Positions 13,060 to 26,365 of a stretch of DNA of 64,000 nt are shown one piece after another. The DNA is taken from contig MU058059.1 in NCBI GenBank assembly GCA_013265495.1, positions 372,001-436,000 of the forward strand. Reading direction: 5' to 3'. The stretch is from Vicugna vicugna. Its lineage: Eukaryota. A program made the position numbers and the translations under genes. The stretch's first letter is position 1; every line of letters begins with the position of its first letter. The notes under the pieces were generated by a model. It worked only from the letters and a program-made list of their open reading frames with translations, had not been told where the DNA came from and ran no database searches.

Positions 13060-14781
13060 ATAAAAGTGTACCTGAATAAAAGATTTTATATGAGATTTTA
13101 TATATATGACTCTTTTAGAAAAGTCTCTATAATGTAAAAACAATGGAAATTTTGACACTATTTAAGAACTAAGGTGAACATAAATGTTTCATAAATATAA
13201 TCTAATTCCAAAACTGTATGAAATTCTATGCTTTTCTGACAATTCACACTAAGAATTATGAATTACTGCTCTTAGCCACATACCTTCAGGTTGAGGATGT
13301 ATCAATAAGGAAAAATGTGCATAAGGGGAAAAGTATCAGTTTTCTTACAAAGTAGAAATAAGAATAAATAAGGGGTTAGACTGAGTATTAATAGGACATT
13401 ATACACACACACACAAAAATCCTAAGTGCTAAGTACTCTTTGTCTCTGCAGATTACCCAGCACAACCTAAATGAATGAAATAAGACACCTTGGTCATCAC
13501 TGAATGCTTAGCATCTCTATAAACATGACTATGTATTGACTTAATGAGAAGTCACAGCAAATAAAGTTGGCCTAAAATCAGCAATATCAACAGCAAATGT
13601 TTAGTTTCCTTCAAAACATTAGAGATTAGGATTTTTTTTCTTCTCAGGACTCTCCAGGGACTCACTAGAAGCCTTTAGCCAGACATCCCAAGTTTGTGCA
13701 CATCCCTTTCCCAGCCTACAAAAACGCTCCTCCTACTTCCTGCCTTTCCCAGGAAACAATCAAAACACTCCTCAGAAACTGTAAGAGAAACAGGGCAGAT
13801 AGCCCAGAAACTCTAAGTGGTATCGATACACCTGGCGTTGCTTATGTCTGTCAGACATCAGAACAAGGATTCCATGTAGACCTTACTTGGGAGGATGCTT
13901 TTTTCTTAATAAGTCTTTGCTAGAAAAATGAAGTGGAAAATATAATCCAAATGAAAGGCAAGATTAAATACCTCGTAATGACCAACACCCCAAAAGTGAT
14001 CCTCTTCTCTGACCACCTAAACTTGGCAGTGAAGTGTTTCTAGTCATACTGAGGTTACCTGAAACAAATACTTTGCACTTGATAATGTTTGGAATTTAAT
14101 GGTAGGCAATGAGTTTTTTTTTTAATTTCTTATTTTTGGACTACAAAATGTTCAAAGATATGAATAGAAAAACACACTGTTTGCATAAATACTCTCGAAG
14201 GTATTATGTTTTTAAATTAGGAAGAAAATATTTTATTTCACTAAGACTAAATGGCTTTAAAATTTTGTTGTCTTTTCAATAAAAACAGTTTCTAACTTTT
14301 ATATATATTTGCCTGATAAGTCCTTTTTTTATCCAGATACTTTAAGTGGCAAATTGAAAAGTTATAACATTTATTCAAAGGGTCTAATGTTACTTTGTTG
14401 CCCACTTTGAAAGCTCTCATGATAAACTTACTTGTAAAAACTTATGTGAAATAATTTAATTAAATTGTTCTTGTCAAAAATCTGGCTTAGGCCCTGATTA
14501 CATAAAAAGGTAAATTAGCTCTACTGAAAATTTACTTTATTGGTTAATTCTACATACACCATAAACCTTTAGATTCATATCAAAACATCTGACATATTCT
14601 TACTCCTACTTGTTCAAAAAATTAACTTATTTAAAAATAGTTTAGAAATAAACCAGAAAACTAAAGAGAATAAAGTGGAGAGGAAAACCTTAAAAGTTTT
14701 GATTTTCATCTTTTACAACAATTTATAGGAACATTATCATCACTAACTGGTACATAGCTTTGTACGGTCAGTATCAGATCT

Positions 14782-14855
14782 TAGTATGAAGGGAGTCACA
14801 TTTTTCATTTTCCTAGAATAGTATGAAAGGAGTCACATTTTTCATTTTCCTAGAA
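14782..14855. repeat. 37-bp direct tandem duplication (2 copies, 1 mismatch)
   Basis: tagtatgaaRggagtcacatttttcattttcctagaa at 14782-14818 and 14819-14855. Confidence 0.97.
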
Positions 14856-17115
14856 TTCACTGGTTATTTCACACCCAGTACTGCACTATGGCAAATATCT
14901 GAGTCAGAGTTGGGAACTGAGGTTGCATTACGGGATCAAGATATAAACATTCAGAACTACGGAGAGAAGACAGAGTACAAAGTCAGATGGAGTAGGAAGT
15001 AAAGAGGATTCTGATTACCTGGCATTTCCTGTACGACTGATTGTATGGCTTTTAGACTCAGTAGGTTGGGTTAGTAGTGTAAAGTTAAGGATGAAAAGTT
15101 AAGGGTGAAACAGTCAAACTCCGATATTAAGAATCTTCAAAAGGTAAAGCAATTTCAAATGCAGGTTATATAACTGCCTCTAGGAAGGCTCAATTTTGGG
15201 GAATTTCAAAACCAGCTGTCCCCATACATACTTTAGGGACATGATGAAATGAGATTTGCATTGAAAGGAAATTGACTGTATTTGGAAGTTACAGAATGAT
15301 GATTGCAAATCATGCTTTCAAAAGTTAAAAAGCGGCATAAGAATTTGCATATTATTAGTATTTGACAAAAACCTGTAGAATATCCTGTTTCAAGTTCCGT
15401 AAATTAAAGACTAACAACATTAGCAATCACACTAGAGGTATAGCAGAATATGTTTAAGAAGAATAATTATAATAATGGTGGTAGTAATAGTCACAGGAGC
15501 TCCCGTGTATTGAGTATTTCCATCTCATGCACCATATCTTCATCATAAAAATTCTCACATTCTAATGTTCTGATTTCAAAGGTGAGACTATTCAGAAAAG
15601 TTAGATAATCCACCCTATATTAAGATGCCAGAAAGTGGCCGATTTGATATTATAAAACTTAAAAGACCAAAGACCAATGATCTCAGAAATATAACACCTG
15701 CCAGATTTGAAAGCCAACAATCTACTCTTGAAAAATATAGTAATGTCTTCCCAACTATGGCTGGCTTGGTGAGAATGAGAAAAGTTCAGCATAGTGGGAG
15801 GGTTTACAGATGAGAAATGTTAAGTTCTCACAGAGAAAACGGTATTAAGATCAAGAACTGGTAAAACTACAAATATCTGCATAATCACTTAACATAATCA
15901 TACCTGTTTTAGAACACTTATTGTGAGCTAATTTACAAATTTGCAAGTTGTGAATTTTCACAACTACCACAGGAGTCGTGGCCAAAGGTGGCAGAATCAG
16001 GATTCAAAGCAGAGACACTGATCTGTCCCCAAAGCCCCTGGCTTCACCCACCATGCTATGACCAGGGCATTTACACACCTCCAGCCCTCCTAGCTCCCAT
16101 GGGGCAGGCTCTGTAAACTCGGGAATTTTTGGAAGATTTCCTACCCTGCATACATTGTATATGAAATACCTGAAAAGTTCTTATATATTGAGTATGAGTA
16201 TGTATTCCAAGAGGTCTAGTCCTCCAACTGAATATCTTTCTATTTATGTCTTAGAGGTACCAACTCACCTTGAATCTCAGATGTCTGAGATGCTGAATAA
16301 CTTGCATCCTTGAGAAGAAAAACCTTTACTTCTCAACACGTGTCCATCCAAGACAATTCCATGTCATGGGCAAAGCGCCTACTTTCATCCTTTAGTCTGT
16401 GCCCCTTTGTAGCCACGGAGCATCCTTCGAACTGATGCAGACTCACCTGCTCATCCTTCATCTCCCCCCAGTACTCCCTTGGTAACTAACTACTCCTATT
16501 CTGCCATCAGATTCAATTTTACTGTCTTTCCCCGGCCTCAATTCTGTCTCAATAACTAACCCTGCATGGAGTGACTGGCCATTTAGTATAGTGGAACAGA
16601 AAATTGAGGAGAATATATGCAGAGGTAAAATTATATGCATTAGAAGTACAGGTAAGGGAAGCTGACAGTCAGGGCAGGACTTGCAGAGAGGTAATCCTAA
16701 CAGGTACCTTTTCATCATCACCAATTTCAAGGAGCTAGCCTCTCCATCCCACAGTGACTGATTTTACAGCAGCAGAGACAACACTGATTGTAGCAATTAC
16801 AGGTTTCATAAAACTGTACTGCAGTTATATTTTTAAAAAAGAACACGTCTCATGAAATCCCCCGTGATAATGTTAACGCATTATGCTTTACGCAAGTAAT
16901 AAAAATTCCTTCAAATACATCAGCATCTGCTTAACTAATAATAAACATAACAAGCAATATACCAAGGCCTTTTCAGTGTAGCTTATTTATTCCCCTCCAC
17001 CAGGCATCTACTTGGTTATTCTAACCTTCCGATTTATAACAAGGCAAAAATACTTCCAAACATATCATGACATCAAACATCACCCACCACAGTAAAAGTA
17101 TTTCCAAACTCTTAC

Positions 17116-17275
17116 CCAGTCTTAGTGAGACGAGAGTAATCTGTTCTGCATCAACTCCATGAATCTGGGATTATGTCTGAGTCCACTGGGGGTTTGGGGG
17201 TCCTTTTAAGGGGGTGCCCAGGAGAAGGAGTGAGCAGTGATCACAGGAGGCGCTCAGAACACCATTCACTGTGCG
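17116..17275 (-). other. Candidate non-coding (5'UTR or lncRNA) internal exon, 160 nt
   Basis: Minus strand: catttctttcttacccctcctgtgtttcag|CGCACAG...ACTGG|gtaaga. Long polypyrimidine tract, good donor, non-repetitive sequence, stops in all three frames. Confidence 0.65.
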
Positions 17276-17404
17276 CTGAAACACAGGAGGGGTAAGAAAG
17301 AAATGCCAGTCTGTTACCCGAGCTGCGGAGTTACTTTTCCAAGACTACTTATACGTATTAAGCCACACGAAAGCAGCCTTACTTTTATAGTTACACTAAT
17401 AGTT

Positions 17405-17590
17405 CAGAGGGGCTAGTCTAGTCATTACAGCGTGGGCTCTGGGTCAGAGCAAGGGACTTCACAACACAGCTCAGCCACCACCTTACCTCCTTGGAAAGCT
17501 ATGTATGCCCTCCACAGAGGGCTATGAAAATGAAAATTAAATTAATACAAATAAAGTGCTGCTAACTATGCTCAGTAAACAGTAGATATT
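17405..17590 (+). mobile_element. MIR remnant
   Basis: agcgtgggctctgggtcaga...cacagagggctatgaaaatgaaa...taaagtgct. Confidence 0.6.
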
Positions 17591-17644
17591 TTATTCCTTC
17601 TTTCTCTTTTTTCTGCTCTTGGTTAAAACTTAGGAAGGTAGAAT

Positions 17645-17840
17645 GTCCATTTACTGAGCACACAACATAGAGCACTGGGTTGGCACTTTGTAGAAATGAT
17701 CTCACTTCAACCTCAGAAGAGATGTTATTACTTCTGTTTTACAAATAAGGAAAGTGAGATTCAGGGAATTAGCAATTTGCTGAAGTTAGACAATAAAAAT
17801 CTAGTAAAGCTGGGACCTAACTCATGTCTGTCTGCTCTTC
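17645..17840 (-). mobile_element. MIR remnant
   Basis: catttactgagcac...ctgttttacaaataaggaaagtgagattcaggga matches the antisense MIR core. Confidence 0.75.
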
Positions 17841-18814
17841 CAGGTCCTTCCGTCTGAATCCTTTCATATTTGAGGAGCTACCTGTCAAATTTTGACACCA
17901 TCCACAGCAAACCAGACAATATCTTAAGTCTAACTCTATTTGTTTAATATAAAATACGATTTTGAATAAACTTCTCCTAAGTGTACATACACTAAGTTTT
18001 AGGAGCTAGAATGACTGATAATGAAATTAGCTAGTAAAATTTGGCACATGAAACAAATACATTAAAACAATATTCAAAGAAATTTCTATTGACCTCTATC
18101 ATGTGGGACTGGTTTATAGCAGAATTTATCACATGAAAAGATAGCAAAAGGCAGCTTTTTCAAAGTGCTTATAGTCAATTTACAGAACAATTAAGACTAC
18201 ATACTACAGTCAATTAGATAAAAGTGCTTTTTCATTACAAAGTTAGTATCTTCATTAAAAATCTGCAGAGTATAAAATCAAAATATTTAATCATAATTCC
18301 ACATCATCAAAGTCATTGCTAACAATATGGTACATTTTCTTCTAGACTGTTTTTCTACAGTTAGCCTTTTTTCCTGATATATAACACAACACTTGATCTC
18401 GTTTATTGTCTTAATAGAACATAAACAGTTCAAGGTTTCAATAGTTTGTAAATATTTTCTTATTAAATAGTGCAACTACGTACATTTTATATAAAATTTT
18501 CACTTTTAGTATTTTTATTATTATGGAATACAGATCCATAAACCCTTACTGACACTGCAAAACTCCAGAGAAGTTTTTGAAGATAAAGTGTCCTGTGTCC
18601 TATTTGGCAGGAAACCCAGATCTGACCTGAACTGACGTCAGGCTACTTACCACCATTATTTACGACACTTAGTATGAATATTCTTACATTTCTCAATAGA
18701 AATACTAAGGGGTTTGATTACGGGGTCCTGCCCCAGAACTCCTCGGGGGCATCATACAACGTATCTACATGGTCCGTATTACTGTTCTTAACTTTGAAAA
18801 AGGTCTGAATTCTG

Positions 18815-18957
18815 TTTTTTTGTTTTTTTTTTTGTTATTTGGGGGGGGGTAGTTAGGTTTATTTACTTATTTATTTTTGACAAAGGTACTAGGGATTGAG
18901 CCCAGGACCTCGTGCATGCTGAGCATGTGTTCTACCATTGCACTCTCCCCTCCCCCT
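18815..18957 (-). mobile_element. tRNA-derived SINE, vic-1 type, inserted in a MER46/Tigger4-like remnant
   Basis: Antisense head ggtactagggattgagcccaggacctcgtgcatgctgagcatgtgttctacca. TSD ggtctgaWttctg at 18802-18814 and 18958-18970. The flank ends ttggataagtagttgtggacctg, which resembles a MER46-type terminus. Confidence 0.92.
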
Positions 18958-19022
18958 GGTCTGATTTCTGAAACCCTTAGAATTTTGGATAAGTAGTTGT
19001 GGACCTGCACAACTATATACAC

Positions 19023-19046
19023 GTGTGTGTGTGTGTGTGTGTGTGT
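19023..19046. repeat. (GT)12 microsatellite
   Basis: Read directly. Confidence 0.95.
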
Positions 19047-19608
19047 TGTGTATACACACACACATATGAAAGGCAAATACACACCTATGAGACATTTATG
19101 ATCCCTTCTTCTCAGCTTTGGGCTTTTAAGAAAACATTAAGGCAACGAGAAAAAACTCATTACTCCTATCATACTTCCTTCCCTCCAAGGCTCGGTCACA
19201 TGCGCTGCTCTCTTTGCCTAAAATACTTTGGCCCTCCCCCAATTCTGATCCAATGCACAGATTAGCTAACTGCTGTTCATCGTCCAGGATGCCTAGCAGA
19301 AGTCACCTCAGGAAGCTTTGCCTGCCATCTCAGGATCACTAGGTGCCCCTACTCCCGACTTTCCCCCCCGCCAAAGCACCTGCTGTTTCCCTCACTCATG
19401 GCTGTGTCCACGACATCAGCACATCATCTGTCTCGGAGGGAGCACTCAATGAATGCTTGTTGAACTGATTTGAATGCAAAACATTAAAATACTCTGAAGT
19501 CAAATGTATTATTCTTGGATGATTGATAGTACCTTTAAGCAGCATGCCCTTTCTACAAATCTAATAATATCTAATATTTGTTTTCCCCTGATTTTAATGA
19601 GTCATGCT

Positions 19609-19973
19609 TCTTATGGGCTAAATAATGTTCCCCCTAAATTCATATGTTGAAGTCCTAACCCCCAACGTGAAGGTATTTGGAGATGGGGACCTTGGGAGGT
19701 AATCAGGTTTAAATGAGCTCATGAGGGTGGGGCCCCATGATGGGATTAGTGCTCTTAGAAGAAAAGGAAGAACCAGAGCTCCCTCTCTCAGACATCTGAG
19801 GACACAGCAAGAAGACAGATGTCTGCAGGCCAGGAAGAGGGTCCTCACCAAGAACTGAACCTGCCACCACGCTGATCTTGGACTTCCCAGCCTCCATAAC
19901 TGTGAGAAATAACTGTCTACTGTTTAAGCCAGCCAGGCTATGGCATTTTGTTACAGCATCCCAAGCTAAGACA
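19609..19973 (+). mobile_element. MLT1A-type (ERVL-MaLR) solo LTR
   Basis: tatggg...aaattcatatgttgaagtcctaacccccaa...atcttggacttcccagcctccataactgtgagaaataa...gctaagaca. 5-bp TSD atgct/aggct. Confidence 0.92.
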
Positions 19974-20496
19974 AGGCTTAGCTTTTAAAATACATTAATA
20001 TACAGTGTGAAACTCAGGAAACTTAATTCTCTTTCACATTGGCAGTCATTAATACAATATCTTTTCCTATGTATTAAATTCTTAAATATATTTGTCATTC
20101 TTGAATACATTAGTTACATTTCAAATTCCAAGTTACTATTTGTTCTAATGTTTCATCTTCTCTTTTGCAGGTGTAAGACTCTTATTTACTGCTGATTTAA
20201 ATTATGTTAAATATCTGACAGGACATTTAACCTACAGATCATCGCCATTGTTTTTCTTTTTCATATTTTCATCATTATGCTCACACACTTATTTTTCTGA
20301 TTGAACTTAATAGTTTTTCCACTTTCTCAAAATATCCCAAAGAAGTTCAGCTGGAAATTTTATCAAAAAAAGAATTTGCAAAGAAGATACATCTTTATGA
20401 AGTTTTCTTTCTTTCTATCCAAGAACACATTATCTCTACTCAATTTCTTGCCCTTTTATTGCTCTCAATTAAAATGTTATCATTTTCCACTAATTT

Positions 20497-21070
20497 GAAA
20501 AGACACATGGCAACACATCAATATTCATAGCAGCATTACTTGCAATAGCCAACATATGGAAGCAGCCTAAGTGTCCACCAACAGATGAACAGATAAAGAA
20601 GATTTGGTATACACATATACAGTGGAATACTATTAAGCCATTAAAAATAAAATGATGCCATTTGTAACAATATAGATGGATTTGGAGGGTGAAATAAGTG
20701 AAATAAGTTAGACAGAGAAAGACAATTACTGGATGTTATAACTTGAATGTGGAATCTAAAAAATAAAACTAGTGAATACAACAAAAAAAGAAACAGATTC
20801 ACAGATATAGAGGACAAATTAGTGGTTACCATGGGGAGGGAAAAGGGGGGAGGGGAAAGATAGGGGTAGGAGATTAAGAGGATGGGGGAAATTAAGATTA
20901 AACTACTATGTGTAAAATTAAAAAGACACAAGGATAAGTTGTACAGCACAGGAAAATATAGCCTTTATTTTATAATAAGTTTAAATGGAGTAAAATCTAT
21001 CAAAATGTTTAATCACTATGCTGTACACCTCAAACTAATATAATACTGTAAATCAATTATATCTCAATGA
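20497..21070 (+). mobile_element. LINE-1 3' end (ORF2 end plus 3'UTR), medium age
   Basis: tggaagcagcctaagtgtcca, gtggaatctaaaaa, cactatgctgtacacctcaaactaatataatactgtaaatcaattat. Confidence 0.9.
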
Positions 21071-21259
21071 AGATACAATTTTCTTCATAAAGTATATTCC
21101 TCATAAAAATTATTTTGATGAATATAAAAGTTGTCTTGAATGGAATTTCTTTTTTTTTTCTATTAGCATTTCCTCTCTTTCCTTCCCTTCTCTCCTCCCT
21201 CTCTCCCTCCCTTCATCTCCTCCTTCTCCCCTCTGTCTCCCTCTATTTCTGCTTTTCTT

Positions 21260-21510
21260 TATTTCTCCTTAGGTACATTTAAACATAGTATAACATACAT
21301 ACAGAAAATCAGAAATTGCAAGTATTTATTATGTTGAAACTTTACATTGAACACAACCTTGTAACCAGTACCCAGATCAAGAAACAGGATGTTACTAGTC
21401 ACAGCCCCTCTCCAAGAACTGGAGTAACCAATATCTTCTCCTAACACCACAGGCAAGTCTTGCCTATTTTTGAAATTTATATGAAAGAAATCATTTAGTT
21501 TGTATCTTTG
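21260..21510 (-). mobile_element. Ancient L1 (L1ME-type) 3' remnant, preceded by a CT-rich tract (~21170-21255)
   Basis: ttgtaaccagtacccagatcaagaaacagga...ttgcctatttttgaaatttatatgaaagaaatcat. Confidence 0.65.
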
Positions 21511-21524
21511 GGGAGGTCTGTCCT

Positions 21525-22420
21525 CTATGACATCGTGATTTATAATAAGAAATATACATTTGGTCCTCCTTCCAATCCCGGCACAGAGCTTCTAAAACTC
21601 TTGGAAGCTTTCTAAGCAATAAGAACAATAGGATAATCCTTTGTGATGTTTGGTCTTTTGTCCCCAAAAAGCTCCAGTTCCTGAAATAGCTCCAAAGTGA
21701 TGAAGGTTAACAGTGTCTTATGATTCAAAAAAAGCCCCTTTCAGTCACATCTGAGTTTCTGTTAATGAGGTAACTTTTAGAAAGTCCCCAAGGAGAGGCT
21801 GTTTGCCAGGGGAACCAGCCATGTGATTAGAATTCAGCCCCATGTTCCAGCCTCCGGGGAAAGACGGGGGCTGGAAAGTTGAATCAATCACTAATGGCCA
21901 ATGACTTAGCCAATCGTGCTTATGAAATGAGGCATCCAAAAAACCCAAAAGATGGGTTTCAGAGAGCTCCCAGGTTGGTGAACAAGAACACAACCACATG
22001 CTGGGAGGGTGGTGCACTCAAATTCCACAAGGAGAGAAACTTCCGTGCTTTGGATCCTTTCAGACCTTGCCCTATGCACCTCTTCATCTGTCTGTTCATT
22101 CATATTCCTTTAATATGCTTTGTCATAAACTGGTGATCTAATAAGTAAACTGTTTTCCTGAGTTCTGGGAGCCACCTTAACAAATTATTCAAACCCAAGG
22201 TGGAGGTCATGGGAACATCCAAATCATAGCCAGCTGGCCAGGTAACACCCTGGACTTGCAACTGGTGTCTGAAGGGCTTGGGGCAGTCTTGTGGGACTGA
22301 GCCCTTAACCCGGAGGGTCTGATGCTATAACATCAAAACTAAGCTAAATTGTACAACATTCAGCTGGTGTCCAGAGAATCTGAGAATTGCTTGAGATGGG
22401 AAAACCTCTACACTCTTGAA
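21525..22420 (+). mobile_element. MER21-like LTR
   Basis: ggcacagagcttctaaaactcttggaa; gttgaatcaatcactaatggccaatga; gcagtcttgtgggactgagcccttaacc. Homologous, in inverted orientation, to 62807-63567. Confidence 0.85.
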
Positions 22421-22429
22421 GTACTAAGA

Positions 22430-23425
22430 ATAATAGTATTATTTTAAAAATTGAGAGTCAGTGAGCAAAGGAAACAAGTCTTTTAGCTCCTAATGGCCAG
22501 ACCTAGAATAAAGTGAACAACAAACTAAATAATACAATGATTAATTTTTATCTCTTGGAATAAAACAAATATCCTTGAGCTCATATTAGAAATAGGTGAT
22601 TGAATGAATGATGAATGAATGAATGAACAGGCTGAGACAGCTCATCTTTAAAGTAGAATTCAAACCACTAAATACAGAAGGAATGATGCAAACAGAAAAT
22701 CACCATCTTGCAACTATCACTGTAATAACTTTTGCAAAGGCATGAATCACTGATGGAGGCTACAGTTAGTGGTCAAAGGTATATGAGAAAACAGGGTATC
22801 TGCATCATCTCAGACTGTCTGCCTAAGATACTTATTAACTACAAAGAAAGAAAATATAAATTTATAGTGGAGAAAACTGACGGACTCCACCTCAATCAAG
22901 TGATCAAACTTGACATCACCAGGAAAGCGACATGTCAACATCGCTGACCCCCTTGCATGACTCACTGAGGTTACATCATTGCTTCTGAGTATTCTTGCCA
23001 AAAAATGAGTAATCTGAAGTTAATTATGAAGAAACATCAGCAAAATCCAAATTGAGGGGCATTCCCCAAACTAAACGGCTAGCATTCTTCAAAAATGTCA
23101 AGGCCATGAAAATAGACAAAATCTAAAGCAGTTCCCCAAGTCAAAGGAAAATAAAGAGACCTAACAACTGAATACAATGTGTCATCCCGAATTTGATCCT
23201 GAACCAGGAAAAAGACATCTGTGGCACAACTGGCAAAGTTTGAAGAAGATTTATAGACAGTACCAATTTTTATAGGTAATATTAATTTCATGACTTTAAA
23301 ATTATACAATTGTTACATAAGATGTCAACATTTAATGAAGCTGAATGATAGGTTTATGGGAACTTTGTAATATTTTTGCAAACATTTTGTAACTCAAATT
23401 ACTTCCAAATGAAAGTTTAAAAACA
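22430..23425 (+). mobile_element. L1MC-type 3'UTR remnant
   Basis: gatacttattaactacaaag...tttatagtggagaaaactg...caagtgatcaaacttgacatcacca; aaatccaaattgaggggcatt. Confidence 0.75.
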
Positions 23426-23429
23426 TTTC

Positions 23430-24660
23430 AGAAATACCTAGAAAAAGACTAGCAAATTAAATACAAAGATAATAGATGATAAAAATGAGTATGGAAATCA
23501 ACTGAGTTGAAACAAGATACATAATGGAAAAACTCAACTATGCTGAAAGTTGTTTCTATAAACTCTTAATAAGACTTTAAGGAAAAAAAATGAAATTTGG
23601 CAATATCTCATGAAAATGAGGGCATCTCTACAGTAAATAAAAGGGTGTTAGAAATAACTTTATGTCAGTGACTTACAAACAACAAAAAGTCAAGAATCAC
23701 CCCCCACCACACATATGGCCATCTAATTAATGACAAAGGTACCATCTCAGTAAGCAGGGAAAACAATGAATTGGGTCTTTTCCATAAACAGTGCTTGATA
23801 AATTGAAAATGCATGTGGAAAAACACGAGTCTTGACCACTTTCTCACACTGTATCCAAAACATAAAAATAATCCCAGATGGACTGTTGACTAATAAGAAA
23901 GGTAAAACAAGACAGCTTCTAGAAAAATGGCTAAAATTACAAAAAAACAATACCCCGTATTGGTAAAGGTCTAGACAAAGTGGAATTTGTATGTGACTGG
24001 TCTAAGTGTAAATTGGTTCCATCATTTTGAAAGACTGTGTGGCTAAAGTTGAACAAATACAGAGCCTTTGACCAACACCCCACTCCTAGGAATATAACCA
24101 AGGGAATGAGTAGGTATGTGCACCAAAAGATATGGACCAGAATCATGATACCGCTTTTATTCACAAAACCCAAAATCCAGCAACAAGGTAATGTCCATCA
24201 ATAATAGAACTGATTAATAAATTATGCCGTATTTATAAAACTGACAGCTGTATAGGCACAAAGAAGATCAGACAACTGTTGCCTGCAACATGAATAAACC
24301 CCACAGAGACAATATCAAGGGAAAAAAAAATCAAGAGAACATAATGCATCGTTCCATTTATATAAAACTCAAAAAGTTGATAACACTAATGTATAGTAAA
24401 CAATGTATTATAGTGATTACCCCTGGAGGGTATTATTTAGGAAGTGAGACAAGGGAGTTCTTTGGGATGAAGTAATTGCAACAACTGTAATGCAATACTT
24501 GTAAAATTTCTAGAATTTTCCATCTCTACCAATTTCAACTAATATCAACTTTATATCAGTGGGGTTTATACTGGTGTACTTAGCCTCATGTTCATTAAGC
24601 TGTACACTTAAGATTCATGTCCCATATTGTATGTAGATTATAATTCAATGGAAATTAAGA
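23430..24660 (+). mobile_element. Ancient L1 (L1ME-type) ORF2/3'UTR fragments
   Basis: Decayed sense ORF2 motifs (ctttgaccaacaccccactcctaggaatata; atgtccatcaataatagaa) and a 3' end ttcattaagctgtacacttaaga. Confidence 0.65.
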
Positions 24661-25975
24661 GAAAAAATATTTTTTCTTGAATGAATTCTTTTCTCTTCAT
24701 TTCATAGTTTAAATATTCCATCTTATCAGAGAGAGCTTTCCAAGGAATGCAATTAAAAGAAAGTATTCATTTCTGAGAATGCAGTTCTCCATAAAATAAC
24801 AGAAAAAAGGAAAAGAACGGCTTTTATCTCCAATTCTTTTGCTGAAAATGGGTGCTTTAGCTCTGTTCATTACTGTATAGAGTGAGAAAAGATAATATCT
24901 TGGTTTTTACAATAAATGCTGATTATTCCATCTGTTCAAAGTGTTCACTTCTTCTCAAAAAATGGAGGGAAGTGTTAGTTATTGGTTACTATCCAGTTCA
25001 GTACTCTGGGACATCTTAGAAAAATATTTTAATTAAGTGTACCAACCCTGAATGTTTAAGAAAAAACAAATTTAAAATGAGGCATTATAAAATAAAGTAA
25101 GGCATTATATTTTTCTAAACTAACCAAATACTTTCAGCTATATAAAAGCACTAATACCAACAACGTATTTTCAATTTTTCTCAACATTAAAAGTAAATAT
25201 AATATGATAATATTATGATGACAAAATATAATCACAATTTTCCTCAATAATTGCGTAATTCCTAGAATTTTCCATCTTTAGCAATTCAAATTAACTAAAG
25301 TCAACTAACGTTAGTTTGAAATTTCTTAAAACTGCAATCATCCATGATTTTCCTCTCTGAAAGTTCTACTTTTAAAAAAATGAGCAATACACAGTCCCTT
25401 TCCTTCAGGATTTCACATTCTCTCACGGAAGACAGAAATTATGATATATGAAATCTACACTTGACAGGTGAAATGTGAGGACTAGTCCACAAGTACTGAC
25501 TCTACCAATAGCCTGTGAGATGTTCAGGGTCTGTATCAGCCTCTACATTACTCACAGGGACTACAATACAGTGTCTTTAACACGGCTAGTATCAATATAT
25601 TATTTTTCTGCATCCATACAATAAGTTCTTTACACAAAAAGGAATAGTTCAATTATGACTATCTTCTGTTAAGAGAAGGCTGGGAAACACATATACATTC
25701 AATTATAAAAAGCAAAATAATACGGTAAGTTAAATCTGGCATTTGGGATATGTTCCAATTATCTAGGAATTTATTACCATTCTGCTCAACACAACTGCCA
25801 GGTAAATGGCGTATTACTGTGCACATACAAAACATCATTTACAGAGTTGGGGGGAAAAAGGAGCTTTAGGAGCACCATCTGGATAATCTTATTCCCCCTG
25901 GAACTTTTGATAGTTTTATAACATATTATCTTATAACAAATATTTTTGTCCATTATACTGTAGAGGTACTCTTTT

Positions 25976-26365
25976 TTTAACTTTATTTTTTCTTGAAGTC
26001 AAGTTGTTTACAATGTTGTGTTAGTTTCAGGTGTACAGCATAGTGATTCAGTTATACACACACAGACATGTATCTTCTTTTTCAGATTCTCTTCCATCAT
26101 AGGTTATTACAAGATACTGAATATGGTTCCCTGTGCTCTACAGTAGGTCCTTGTTGTTTATCTATTTTATATACAGTAGTGTGTAAGTTAATCCCAAACT
26201 CCTAATTTACCCCTCTTCCCCCACCGTTTCTCCTTTGGTAACCAGAGTTGGTTTTCTATGTCTGAGAGTCTGTTTCTGGTTTAGTTCATTTGCATCATTT
26301 ATTTTAGTGCCCACAAAGAAGTGGTATCATACGACATTTGTCTTTCTCTGCCTGACTTACTTCAC
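25976..26365 (-). mobile_element. 5'-truncated LINE-1 3'UTR flanked by a ~58-bp duplication
   Basis: Antisense L1 3' end (tttacaatgttgtgttagtttcaggtgtacagcatagtgattcag...tgacttacttcact). Flanks 25906-25975 and 26366-26423 are homologous. Confidence 0.93.

Noticed and set aside
13887..13919. 33-nt minus-strand micro-exon-like pattern (tttttctag|...CAA|gtaagg)
   Set aside because: Moderate donor and no independent support.
14782..14855. 37-bp repeat of CRISPR-like length
   Set aside because: Only two copies, directly adjacent with no spacer, no cas genes, and a mammalian context.
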